Shown here one piece after another: positions 8,619 to 17,337 of a stretch of 45,805 bases of DNA. Both the position numbers and the translations under genes were made by a program. The notes beneath the pieces are model-generated. The model worked only from the letters and a program-made list of their open reading frames with translations. It did no database searches and had not been told where the DNA came from. The stretch's first letter is position 1; every line of letters begins with the position of its first letter. The DNA comes from a virus, in IMG/VR virus record IMGVR_UViG_3300039454_000299, positions 1 through 45,805 of that record. One strand, written 5' to 3'.

Positions 8619-9317
8619 ATGGGATCATCGCTGATCTCCGGACTGTGGCAGCAGACGCTTTGGGGCGGGCGCGGAGCCAATCTCGCGGGCAACCCCAATG
8701 TGCTCGACATCGAAAACTGTCTGCTCGATGTGCTCTACCGGCTGGGATTTCAGGGCGCAAACGATATCGGCCCGAGCTCCTGGGTGACGCCGGCGGAGCT
8801 CTATCAGTTTGCCGACGATGCCGCCAAAAAGATCGCCTACGAGGCGGGAGTGCTGATTACGGTGGACAGCTCCGTCACGGTGACGGCGGGCACGGCGACC
8901 TATAGCCTGCCCGCGGCGCACGTGTTCACGGTGGCGGCGGCGCTGGGCTCGTCTCTCTTGCGGCTGACGAGCGTGCGCGATCTATGGGCGCTCGATGCCG
9001 CCTGGCAGGGGACCGCGGGGGCGGCGGCGCGGGCGAGCCTGGATGCGGGCGGCGTAGGGACGATCACGCTCTATCCCAATCCGAACGCGGGCGGGACATT
9101 ACAGCAGGTGTGCCAGATGTACGCCCAGACGGTGACGCCGGGGACATCGGCGCTGCCGCTTGCGACCGTGCTTCAGGATTACTTTTCCTACCGGATGCTC
9201 GAGGGGGCGCGCTCGAAAGAGAGCGAGGAGCGGATGGAGGAGATGGGGCAGCATTTCCAGGCGAGGGCCGAGATGTACGAGCAGATCATGGAGCAGTATT
9301 GGGGGCCGGGGCAATAG
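8619..9317 (+). CDS. Structural protein, adaptor-like paralog 3 (232 aa), immediately upstream of the nozzle-like gene.
   Basis: Paralogous to 5437..6162 (LTSVRDLWALDAAW, TLYPNP, LQDYFSYRMLEGA). The stop abuts ATG 9318. Confidence 0.6.
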   Translation: MGSSLISGLWQQTLWGGRGANLAGNPNVLDIENCLLDVLYRLGFQGANDIGPSSWVTPAELYQFADDAAKKIAYEAGVLITVDSSVTVTAGTATYSLPAAHVFTVAAALGSSLLRLTSVRDLWALDAAWQGTAGAAARASLDAGGVGTITLYPNPNAGGTLQQVCQMYAQTVTPGTSALPLATVLQDYFSYRMLEGARSKESEERMEEMGQHFQARAEMYEQIMEQYWGPGQ

Positions 9318-12300
9318 ATGGGGTACGAACGCAAGAAGCTCCAGATCGTGGGCGGAGGCCTGAATCTGCTGCCGCCGGGAGACAAGGCGGCGGAAAAAGA
9401 CGCCCTGCTGCTGCAGAACTTCCGCACCGACCGGGACGGCAAATTCACCTCGCGCTACGGCTATACGGGATCGACGCGGTATAACGGCGCGGGCACGCTG
9501 CACTCGGCCATGGTGTTCAATACCGCGATCTACTGGGGCACGAGCTCGGGAAAGCTGTATTACGCGAGCGGCACCTCGCCCGTGGCCACCGGATTCGACG
9601 GCAACCGGCTGGGCATGGTGGGGATGCTCGGGTGGAACTGGATCGTCAACCGGGCGCAGCAGGGGCGGCACAATGTGGGAAGCGGCTATTCGGCATACGG
9701 AGTGGCGGCGCCGGCAAGCGGGCCCACGGCGGCCGCAGGCTCGGCCGGCAATCCCAACGGGACCTACTCGGTGTGGGTGACCTATGTGTATAACGACGCG
9801 GGCACGGGGCTCATGACCGAGTCCGACCCGTTTGCCACCGGCACCTCGATCACCGTAACCAATCAGCAGATCACGCTGACAGCCATTCCTACCTCGAGCG
9901 ACACGCGCGTGAACGGCCGCAATATCTATCTTTCGGGCGGCACTCTGGGGCAGGCCTATCTGGCGATTCCGTATGCATCGGCCTATGCCTCGATCGAAGA
10001 CAATACCACCACCACCGCGACCATCACGCTGAGCGATCTGGCGATCACCAACATGGGGATCGTGATGTCCATAACCAACGATCTGCCGCCCGCGGCATCG
10101 GGAGTGGGCGGGCCGTATTTCGACCGGCTGATCGCCTGGTCGACGGCGGACAATGTGAACCGGCTGTTCTGGACACCGGTGGGGCAGCCGCAATACTGGC
10201 CGGGCGCGGCCAATCCGGTGCAAGGCAATTGGGTGGATGTGGGCGCCGACGGAGAGGCCATTCTTTGGTGCACCTTCCACACCAACATGGTGGTCATCTA
10301 CAAGCAGCGCTCGATCTGGCGGCTGATCGGCGACGTGCTTACGGGGACGCTCGAGTGCATGGATCCGGGCATCGGGCTGACCAATGCGTTCGCGGTGGCT
10401 CCGGCCAGAAACGCGGACTACTTCGTGGGCCCGAACGGGCTCTACCGCAACAACCTGGATGTGGTCCAGGATGTGACCGGAGATATCCGGCCGCTGTTCC
10501 AGACGATTTCGCAGAACTCCTATCTCGACCAGCCTCCGGGCAACATCACCACGCAGGTGGTGACGGGGCCGGTGACCTCGTACAAGTGCGCGCTCGGCTA
10601 TGCCATGGGCAAGCTGTATCTGGGCTATACCGAAAACTCGACCGCGGGCATAGCGGCGCCGATTCTGGTGCTGCACGAAGCGAGCGGCCGCTGGAGCTAT
10701 TTCCGTTCGGGGCTGATGAGCACGGCGGTGGCGGGATTCCTGTTCGACGGCTCATCGATCTCGGCGCTGGGCACCGACGGCTCGGGCAACGGAGTGGCTT
10801 ACGGACTGGACGACTTCGCGGCCTGCGCCACGGCGGACGGGCCCAACGGCATCGATGTGGTGTACGGCTCGCACTATGAGGACGCGGGCATGCCCGACAA
10901 CCAGAAGAACTGGCTCGAGTGCGTGGTGGACTGCGAGGTGTCCTCGCCCGATTCGCTGACCGTATATGCCACCTTCGATACCGGCACGGCCACGGTGAAT
11001 CTGGCGGCCGCGGCGGGAGCTTCGCCGGCCTATCTGCCGCTCGGATCGATCGGCGGCGCGGCGGGCGCGGCCAAGCGCGTGCAGGCCAGCTTCCCGATCG
11101 GCCCTTACGTAAGCGGAGCGGTGCAGCCGGACGGGTATCTGGCCAAGAACATTGCGATCCGCATCGTGGGCTACGCCGCGACCAAGCAGGTGGTGATCCA
11201 CAACGTGTACCTCTACTACTACGTAGAGGCGCGCCTGGCGGCCGCGGCATCCACCCTGCCGAGCGACCTGGGCGTGGGCAAGGTGAAGCAGTGCAAAGAG
11301 CTCGAGCTCGATATCGATGCCTCGCTCGGAGCCGTGAACTGCAATATCTATAGCGATCTGCCGGGCAACCAGCTGGCGGTGCGGCAGACGCCGGCGATCG
11401 CGCAGAACAACGGCCGGGCCATCTGGAAGTTTCCGTTTCCGGTGACCGAAGGGTATCTGTGGCGGGTGGCGCTCACCACGGCCACGGCGGGCGGAGTGGG
11501 GATGTATGCGGGCGCGTTCCGCCTCTATTCGGCGCGCCTGCTGATGCGCGTCATGGGCGTGTATGTGGAGGCGTACGAGGCGGCGAACGGATTCGTTTGG
11601 GATTCGCAGGAGATGACGTTCGATAGCGGCCTGACGCATACGCCCCGCATGTACGCCATCGCGCTCACCGCGCTGCCGATCAAACGCTTCCGCGAAATTT
11701 CGCTGCAGATCGAGACCTTCGGCTCTCCGGTGACGCTCAATTTTCTGACGGATCTGCCGGGCAATGCGCAGGCGGTGCGCTTCACGACCACGGTGAATAC
11801 GGGAAGCGCGGGCCGAAGGTTCTACCGCATTCCGCTGCCCGCGGGCACGAGTGCGCCGATCGAGGGCCGCATGTGCCGCATTCAGCTATCGGGGGCGGCC
11901 AAGTTCATTCTGTACGAGGCCGCGGTCGAAGTGCTCGCGGTGGGCGTGTATGTGGAGGCGTACGAGGCGGCGGGCGGAGCGGTGTACGATTCGCGGGAGC
12001 AGGACTTTTCGACGCCGAAGGTAAAAGAGGCGCGCGAGCTCGAGCTCGATATCGAGACCACGGGCGCGGTCACGGCGCAGCTCTTGAGCGACATTACGAC
12101 CGCTCAGACATTTACGGCCGTGACCAGCGGACGGCAGAAGGTGATGCTGCCGCTCACGCTGAGCGCGGGGGGAGAGCAGTTCGTGGAAGGACGCCTGCTG
12201 CGGCTGATTCTTTCGGGCACGAACGCATTTCGCCTGTACGGCGCGCGGCTGAAGATCCGGGCCTTCGGCGAGTATCTGCTCGCGGCCGAGACTTCGGCGG

Positions 12301-13562
12301 GAGCGCTGTGGGATACGACCGATCTGGATCTGGGGATGCAGACGGTGAAGCAGCTGCGCGAGCTCGAGCTCGATATCTGGGCTTACGGCGGCTACACGGT
12401 GACGGTATATACCGATTTGCCGGGCAATGCCATGAGCGCGCGGGTGATCACGGGCGGGGCGGCCACCAACGGCCGCACCGCGGTCCAGATACCGCTGCCG
12501 CAGGGATGGGTGCCGGGCAACTACATCTTCGGCAGGCTGGTGCGGGTGACGATTACGAGCGCGTCGAACTTCAAGCTGTTCGGGGCGCGCATCCATGCCA
12601 GGCCCATCGGGGTATATGTGGAGAGCTATGAAGCGGCGGGCGGGGCGGTTTGGGACTCGATGGAGCAGGATCTGGGGTCGCCGCTCGATAAGTGCTTCGA
12701 CGAGGTGCGATTCGAGCTCGATACGGACGGGGCGGCGAACGTAGCCATCTACACCGATCTGCCGGGCGAGGCCATGACGGAGCGGGTAGGCGGGGCATTG
12801 ACCGCGGGCGCGACCGGACGCCACTGGGCCACCGTGCCCCTGGCCAATTTGGCGAGCGCTACACCGCCGTGGACGGTGGAGGGCCGCTCGATCCGCATGG
12901 TGGTATCGAGCGCGGCGGGATTCCGCATCTACCGGGCGCAGGTGCGGGCGGCGCGGGTGGGCCGGTATCTGGCGGCGAGCACGCTCAACGGGAACGACTC
13001 GCTGACTACGCTCGAATTCGATTTTGCAAGCGAGCGCGTGAAGCAGTACAAGAAGCTGGAGCTCGATGTGCGCGCCGACGGCGCTCTCACGCTCGAGCTA
13101 TTCACCAATCAGAGCGGGCAGATGGCGCTCGAGTATACGACCCAGGTGGTCACTCCCAACGGGCGGGCGACTTTTTATCTGCCGCTGCCGCCGGGTCTGC
13201 GGGGCCGGCTGCTGCGCATCAATGCGCAGAGCGCGAGCGCGGCGCGGATCTATAAGCTGCGGGTGTGGGCGAGGCCGCTCAACGAGCCCAAGGCCGATTG
13301 GGGCTGGACCGAATATCCGCTTGAGGGAAGCGAAGAGCTGCCGGCATGGAAAGACATTCCGGTACCGGAGACGCCTTCGGAGTTCAAATGGGCGGAACTG
13401 CCGGTAGAGCCGACCAAGCCGGAATGGACCTGGGCGCCTTTGCCGGTAGCTCCCACGGCGGGGCAGGATCCGGCGCAGTGGTTTTGGGCCAAGGTTCTGA
13501 CGGTGGATGAGACTCCGGATACGTGGAGTTGGGTAGACGTTCCTTTCGAGGTGAGCCAATAG
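9318..13562 (+). CDS. Large tail protein (1,414 aa). The N-terminal ~510 aa is nozzle/tail-tubular-B-like, followed by 6-7 tandem ~105-130-aa domain repeats and a Trp-rich C-terminal array.
   Basis: Largest tail-module ORF. The repeats are visible by eye (VYVEAYEAAxGxVWDS ... ELELDI ... DLPGN ... GR ... RLY). The nozzle assignment rests on position and size only. Confidence 0.7.
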   Translation: MGYERKKLQIVGGGLNLLPPGDKAAEKDALLLQNFRTDRDGKFTSRYGYTGSTRYNGAGTLHSAMVFNTAIYWGTSSGKLYYASGTSPVATGFDGNRLGMVGMLGWNWIVNRAQQGRHNVGSGYSAYGVAAPASGPTAAAGSAGNPNGTYSVWVTYVYNDAGTGLMTESDPFATGTSITVTNQQITLTAIPTSSDTRVNGRNIYLSGGTLGQAYLAIPYASAYASIEDNTTTTATITLSDLAITNMGIVMSITNDLPPAASGVGGPYFDRLIAWSTADNVNRLFWTPVGQPQYWPGAANPVQGNWVDVGADGEAILWCTFHTNMVVIYKQRSIWRLIGDVLTGTLECMDPGIGLTNAFAVAPARNADYFVGPNGLYRNNLDVVQDVTGDIRPLFQTISQNSYLDQPPGNITTQVVTGPVTSYKCALGYAMGKLYLGYTENSTAGIAAPILVLHEASGRWSYFRSGLMSTAVAGFLFDGSSISALGTDGSGNGVAYGLDDFAACATADGPNGIDVVYGSHYEDAGMPDNQKNWLECVVDCEVSSPDSLTVYATFDTGTATVNLAAAAGASPAYLPLGSIGGAAGAAKRVQASFPIGPYVSGAVQPDGYLAKNIAIRIVGYAATKQVVIHNVYLYYYVEARLAAAASTLPSDLGVGKVKQCKELELDIDASLGAVNCNIYSDLPGNQLAVRQTPAIAQNNGRAIWKFPFPVTEGYLWRVALTTATAGGVGMYAGAFRLYSARLLMRVMGVYVEAYEAANGFVWDSQEMTFDSGLTHTPRMYAIALTALPIKRFREISLQIETFGSPVTLNFLTDLPGNAQAVRFTTTVNTGSAGRRFYRIPLPAGTSAPIEGRMCRIQLSGAAKFILYEAAVEVLAVGVYVEAYEAAGGAVYDSREQDFSTPKVKEARELELDIETTGAVTAQLLSDITTAQTFTAVTSGRQKVMLPLTLSAGGEQFVEGRLLRLILSGTNAFRLYGARLKIRAFGEYLLAAETSAGALWDTTDLDLGMQTVKQLRELELDIWAYGGYTVTVYTDLPGNAMSARVITGGAATNGRTAVQIPLPQGWVPGNYIFGRLVRVTITSASNFKLFGARIHARPIGVYVESYEAAGGAVWDSMEQDLGSPLDKCFDEVRFELDTDGAANVAIYTDLPGEAMTERVGGALTAGATGRHWATVPLANLASATPPWTVEGRSIRMVVSSAAGFRIYRAQVRAARVGRYLAASTLNGNDSLTTLEFDFASERVKQYKKLELDVRADGALTLELFTNQSGQMALEYTTQVVTPNGRATFYLPLPPGLRGRLLRINAQSASAARIYKLRVWARPLNEPKADWGWTEYPLEGSEELPAWKDIPVPETPSEFKWAELPVEPTKPEWTWAPLPVAPTAGQDPAQWFWAKVLTVDETPDTWSWVDVPFEVSQ

Positions 13563-14549
13563 ATGCCTAGTGTGATACCGCCGCTGGCGCCGATCGCGGG
13601 CGTGCCGCAGCCGTTGATCGACGCGCTCAACGATCGCTTGCGCGTGATCGGAAACCTGACGGCGCCCTCTTCGGCGGGCGCTCTGATTTCGGGCACGCAC
13701 GTCCAGCGTGTGAGCGACTATCCTCCGGCCAAGCAGGTGCTTGGGACGCAGTTCGCGGAAAAGGACCGCGGCAATGTGGTGTACGAGGTGCAGAACCGCC
13801 AGGGAGCGCAGTATTGGGTGTATGTGGCGGGGCGCATGACGGGCACCATTTCGCCGGATCAGAGGCCCAAGGACCTTTCGCAGTACGATGCCGGATTCAG
13901 CTTTTTCGCCACCGATTCGGAGGCCAGCTATCACTGGACGGGATCGGCCTGGTCGAACGACAGCGCCAACGTGGTGATGGGAGCGAGCGCGCTCACCACG
14001 CTGAATACGATTCCGAAAGTGACGGCCAACGGAACGCTGGGCAATAGCGCGGTGACCGACGACGGAACCAATGTGAAGGTGACGGGGCGGAACGTAGGCA
14101 TTCTGACCACGCCGAGCGCTCCGCTGCACGTCAAATATGCGGCCGCCAATACTACCGGGACGACGGCGGCGCTGATTATTGATAACCCTTCAGGCGGCAC
14201 GCAGACCTCGCTCAGCCTGCGGATCAACGGCACAGCCGAGTGCGTGTTCCGGGCCGACAACTCAGGGAACGTGGCGCTTGCGCCCGGATCCGGCGGCAGT
14301 ACCTATCTTGGCTGGAGCGACCTGGGGACCCCGGGGTTCATCTATCTGCGCACCACTTCGAACTATGTGGATACCTCGAACAACCTGACGATGGCAGGCA
14401 ACGTGAATACCGGCGGGGTGTTCGAGGTGAACGGCGTACAGGTGGTGCGGGGACGGCAGACGGGGCCGGGATCGGCGCCTTCCACCTACAGCCAATCGTG
14501 GTGCAACAGTCTGCTGGCGGTGCTGCAGAATCACGGGCTCTGCACGTAG
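13563..14549 (+). CDS. Tail fibre protein (328 aa).
   Basis: Abuts the stop of the large tail gene. It is Gly/Ser/Thr/Asn-rich. The C-terminal ...SLLAVLQNHGLCT resembles the conserved ending of many phage tail-fibre proteins (from memory). Confidence 0.55.
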   Translation: MPSVIPPLAPIAGVPQPLIDALNDRLRVIGNLTAPSSAGALISGTHVQRVSDYPPAKQVLGTQFAEKDRGNVVYEVQNRQGAQYWVYVAGRMTGTISPDQRPKDLSQYDAGFSFFATDSEASYHWTGSAWSNDSANVVMGASALTTLNTIPKVTANGTLGNSAVTDDGTNVKVTGRNVGILTTPSAPLHVKYAAANTTGTTAALIIDNPSGGTQTSLSLRINGTAECVFRADNSGNVALAPGSGGSTYLGWSDLGTPGFIYLRTTSNYVDTSNNLTMAGNVNTGGVFEVNGVQVVRGRQTGPGSAPSTYSQSWCNSLLAVLQNHGLCT

Positions 14550-14609
14550 GCGAAGTTAGGCGACTTCGGCATCGAGGAAAAGCGGTATCCGGTAAACGGA
14601 CCGTACGGC

Positions 14610-14615
14610 TAGGCT
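14610..14615 (+). promoter_or_regulatory. -10-like TAGGCT 6 nt upstream of ATG 14622 (leaderless-type context).
   Basis: CTAGGCTGGGGGCATGAGC matches the start context of gene 29012 (CTAGAATTCGGGCATGAGC) at 15 of 19 positions. Confidence 0.3.
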
Positions 14616-14621
14616 GGGGGC

Positions 14622-15449
14622 ATGAGCCCTATCGAGTTACTCGAGCCTTTTCCTGAATATGCCTGGCCGCTGGCGTGGCAGTGGCTCGTATCTAGTTGGA
14701 ACTACGTAGCGGACGATTTCACGCCGCGCACTCCTCAGGCGTTTGTCGAATACTCTCTCAGGCGTTACCAGCGCACCTTTGGGATATGCAGAGACCATCA
14801 GATCGGCGGGGTAGTGGGGTTCGAGCTAATGAACGAGCATCTGGCCATCGCGCATTTTCTGTTCGCCAAGTGGTTTCTGCGGCAGGGCCGGTTCACGGCG
14901 GCCGAGGGTGTGTACGAGGCCTGCGCGCGGCTGTTCGCGACTTCGAAGACATACAAGATTCTCGGGTTGGTACCGGAGCACAACCGGCTCGCGATCGGGA
15001 TGCTGGCGCGTCACGGGGTGCGGATCGAGGGAGTGCTGACGGGCTATTCGCGGGTCGAGGGCCGGCCGGTGAACGCGGTGGCGCTGGGCGCGACGAGGGA
15101 GGAATTTAGTGGGATTCAGCATGGGCGGCGCGTACGGCCAGGCGCAGCAGTCGTCGACCGGCAACCAGCAGAACACGTACAACCTGCCGGGGCAGAGCGG
15201 CCTGCAGGGGGCGCTGGCGGATTACTTCACGAGCCTGGTGCCGAGCCTGACGAGCGGGACACTGAGCCCGGACGTGCAGGCGATGAAGACGGCGAGCGCG
15301 GACCAGATCAACCAGAACGCGGCGAGCTCGACCGACCGGACGAACAGCTTCCTAGCGAGCCGCGGGTTCGGGCAGAGCGGACTGGTGGGACAAAACGCGC
15401 TTCAGACCGAACTCGGAAGGCAAGGCGACCTCGCGGCCAACGAGAGTAG
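14622..15449 (+). CDS. GNAT-family N-acetyltransferase (RimJ/RimL-like domain, ~165 aa) with a long out-of-frame overlapping tail.
   Basis: GVVGFELMNEHLAIAHFLF ... ILGLVPEHNRLAIGMLARHGVRIEGVLTGYSRVEGRPVNAVALGATREEF fits the acetyl-CoA-binding core of Acetyltransf_3-type GNATs. There is no stop until 15449, so the last ~340 nt overlap the next gene. Confidence 0.7.
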   Translation: MSPIELLEPFPEYAWPLAWQWLVSSWNYVADDFTPRTPQAFVEYSLRRYQRTFGICRDHQIGGVVGFELMNEHLAIAHFLFAKWFLRQGRFTAAEGVYEACARLFATSKTYKILGLVPEHNRLAIGMLARHGVRIEGVLTGYSRVEGRPVNAVALGATREEFSGIQHGRRVRPGAAVVDRQPAEHVQPAGAERPAGGAGGLLHEPGAEPDERDTEPGRAGDEDGERGPDQPERGELDRPDEQLPSEPRVRAERTGGTKRASDRTRKARRPRGQRE

Positions 15450-15588
15450 CTACGCCGGGCTGCAGCTGAACCAGAACACGCAATCGCTGCTCGCGGCCTT
15501 GAATTTCGCAACCAATCCGACCGGCTATACCCAGGCGCAGAACACCAATGGAAGCCAGTGGGGCGTGGCCGCGGGAGTCTCAGTCTAA
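15109..15588 (+). CDS. Internal virion (ejection-type) protein candidate (159 aa), Gln/Asn/Ser/Gly-rich.
   Basis: A strong GGAGG sits 7 nt upstream of GTG 15109. The composition is plausible, unlike the overlapping GNAT-frame tail. Confidence 0.55.
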   Translation: MGFSMGGAYGQAQQSSTGNQQNTYNLPGQSGLQGALADYFTSLVPSLTSGTLSPDVQAMKTASADQINQNAASSTDRTNSFLASRGFGQSGLVGQNALQTELGRQGDLAANESSYAGLQLNQNTQSLLAALNFATNPTGYTQAQNTNGSQWGVAAGVSV

Positions 15589-15589
15589 T

Positions 15590-15961
15590 ATGTTTCCTAC
15601 CTCTCTCCAATTTCCGACCCTGGTGAGCGCGTCGAGCGCGGTGGATGCCGCCTCCGGCGCGGCCGACGCCGCGAGCGGAGCACTCGCCCAGAAAAAAAAG
15701 AAGAAGCAGGACCAGCAGCAGCAGCAGCAGACGGGCGCCCAGCAGATGGGCGCGCCCGCGGTGGCGGCGCCTACGCCCACCCCAACGCCCGTGGCTACGC
15801 CTTACGGCAACGCGGTTTCGGCATTCAATAGCGGATCGCTATTGAACGCGCTTGCGCTCCAGAGCAACCAGAGTCCGATGCATTCCAACGCGCTGTCGCT
15901 ATTGGGCGCGCTGAATATGGCGATGTACGGCGCCAGTCTCGGAGGGGGCGGGGGGCAGTAA
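15590..15961 (+). CDS. Internal virion protein candidate (123 aa) with an FPTLVSA N-terminal motif and a poly-K/poly-Q tract.
   Basis: ATG lies 1 nt after the upstream TAA. The N-terminal motif is shared with the next gene. Contains A8 and (CAG)6 runs. Confidence 0.55.
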   Translation: MFPTSLQFPTLVSASSAVDAASGAADAASGALAQKKKKKQDQQQQQQTGAQQMGAPAVAAPTPTPTPVATPYGNAVSAFNSGSLLNALALQSNQSPMHSNALSLLGALNMAMYGASLGGGGGQ

Positions 15962-17337
15962 TGGATTTTCCGACGCTCGTGAGCGCGGGCTCGGCGGCCG
16001 GTTCGGCTTCGGGGGCCGCGAATGCCGCATCGGCGGCGCTGGGGACGAAGATCCGGCATGCGCAGGCGATCCAGCAGGCCATGCAGCAGCAGGCCAAGCA
16101 GGACGAGGAAGACCGGATCCGGCAGTTCGAGCTGCGCTTGCGGATGCAGCAGGATGGCTGGATTCCGGCGGACACGCCCCAGGGCGGCACGATCGCCAAG
16201 GGCGGACTGGGCTCCCGGCTCGATAATCCGGCAGCTCAGGGGCCGGGGCAGACCATGGCCGACCCGTGGGGGCAGAAGTGGTTCAAGCCGGAGCAAAAAG
16301 CAGTCACGCCGCAGCAGAGCTTCACCGATCTGCAGAGCGCGCTCGAGCATCATGCCCAGGTTTTAAATCCCGACGGATCGACCTTTCACGATCCCAACAC
16401 GGGCACGCCGGTGGCGCCTCCGCCGGGCAGAGTGGTGCAGGTGCCGGGCGGGCCTAAGGTCTACTTCCCGAGCGATGACGAACTGGCGGCCGACAAGGAC
16501 CGCGCGGAGAGAACAGCGGCGGCGAATAAGCCCGACAAGGCCGAACGATACACCTACAACCACTCGACCGACGCGCAGGGGAACGTGAACATCACGCGGG
16601 TGGGGCCGGACCAGACGCCCGAGGCGTGGAACGGCAAAGAGTGGGCCACGCTCGGAGCGGACAACCGGCTGGCGGCCAAGCAGGAGACCGGCGGGTATCA
16701 CTACTCCGACGACGATCAGGGCAACGTGCATGTGATCCGCGACGGCAAAGAGGTCGGGCTGATCAAGGGCGCGGGCAAGGCGAAAGACAACAGCGCGGCC
16801 GAAGAGCGGCGCCAGGACCGCGCGGAGCGGATCGAGCAGGGAAGGCGCGACCGGACCCAGAGACAGATCGAGACGCTGCAGATCAAAGAGCAGGAGCAGC
16901 ACGAGCTGCGGCGCAAATACGGAGACAAGCTCAATACCCCGGACGGCGAGCAGCTGATAGACCCCGACACCAAAAAGAGCGTGACGATGAACGCGGCGCG
17001 GCGCGAGCAGTATCAGCGCCAGTTCGAGCGGGCGACCGACATGGTGGGCGTGTATCAGGCGCAGCAGCGCAGCGCGCTCCGGTCGGTGAACGGCGGCGAG
17101 CAACAGCAGCCGCAGCAGCCGCAGACGCAGCCGCAGCAGCAGCCGCAGGCGGCGGCGCCCACAAGGCAGCCGCAGTACCGGCCGGGGCCGATGACGCGGG
17201 CGCGGGACCAGGCGGAGAAGACAGCCTCATCAAAGAAGCTCACTGACAAGGGCAAGGCGCTCGAATATATCCAGAAGGCCGGCGGTGATAAAGACAAGGC
17301 GCGCCAACTGGCGAGGGCGGATGGCTGGGAGTTCTAA
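15961..17337 (+). CDS. Internal virion protein candidate (458 aa), highly charged and Gln-rich.
   Basis: TAATG overlap with the upstream gene. Starts MDFPTLVSAGSAAGSASGAANAASAAL. Has an internal duplicated motif (YTYNHSTDAQGNVNITRVG and YHYSDDDQGNVHVIRDG). Confidence 0.6.
   Translation: MDFPTLVSAGSAAGSASGAANAASAALGTKIRHAQAIQQAMQQQAKQDEEDRIRQFELRLRMQQDGWIPADTPQGGTIAKGGLGSRLDNPAAQGPGQTMADPWGQKWFKPEQKAVTPQQSFTDLQSALEHHAQVLNPDGSTFHDPNTGTPVAPPPGRVVQVPGGPKVYFPSDDELAADKDRAERTAAANKPDKAERYTYNHSTDAQGNVNITRVGPDQTPEAWNGKEWATLGADNRLAAKQETGGYHYSDDDQGNVHVIRDGKEVGLIKGAGKAKDNSAAEERRQDRAERIEQGRRDRTQRQIETLQIKEQEQHELRRKYGDKLNTPDGEQLIDPDTKKSVTMNAARREQYQRQFERATDMVGVYQAQQRSALRSVNGGEQQQPQQPQTQPQQQPQAAAPTRQPQYRPGPMTRARDQAEKTASSKKLTDKGKALEYIQKAGGDKDKARQLARADGWEF

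Noticed and set aside
9099-10676. Long - strand ORF (525 aa). Similar long ORFs occur at 350..970(-), 18270..19490(-), 43059..44306(-), 43310..44512(+), 30594..31616(-), 37372..38247(-), 38338..39210(-) and 10752..11639(-).
   Set aside because: They are extremely Arg/His/Pro/Gly-rich and lie antisense to or out of frame with ORFs of normal composition and recognisable domains. This is the typical stop-poor shadow-frame pattern in GC-rich DNA.
11298-12378. Repeated GAGCTCGAGCTCGATATC (SacI-XhoI-EcoRV-like string) at about 11298, 12036 and 12361, which could suggest engineered cloning sites.
   Set aside because: It simply encodes the conserved ELELDI motif of the tandem protein repeats, in frame each time.
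15096-15125. Programmed +1 frameshift fusing the GNAT to the next protein.
   Set aside because: I saw no slippery or stall motif. The downstream gene has its own strong GGAGG and GTG start, so independent initiation is the simpler explanation. It is kept only as an alternative in the GNAT finding.
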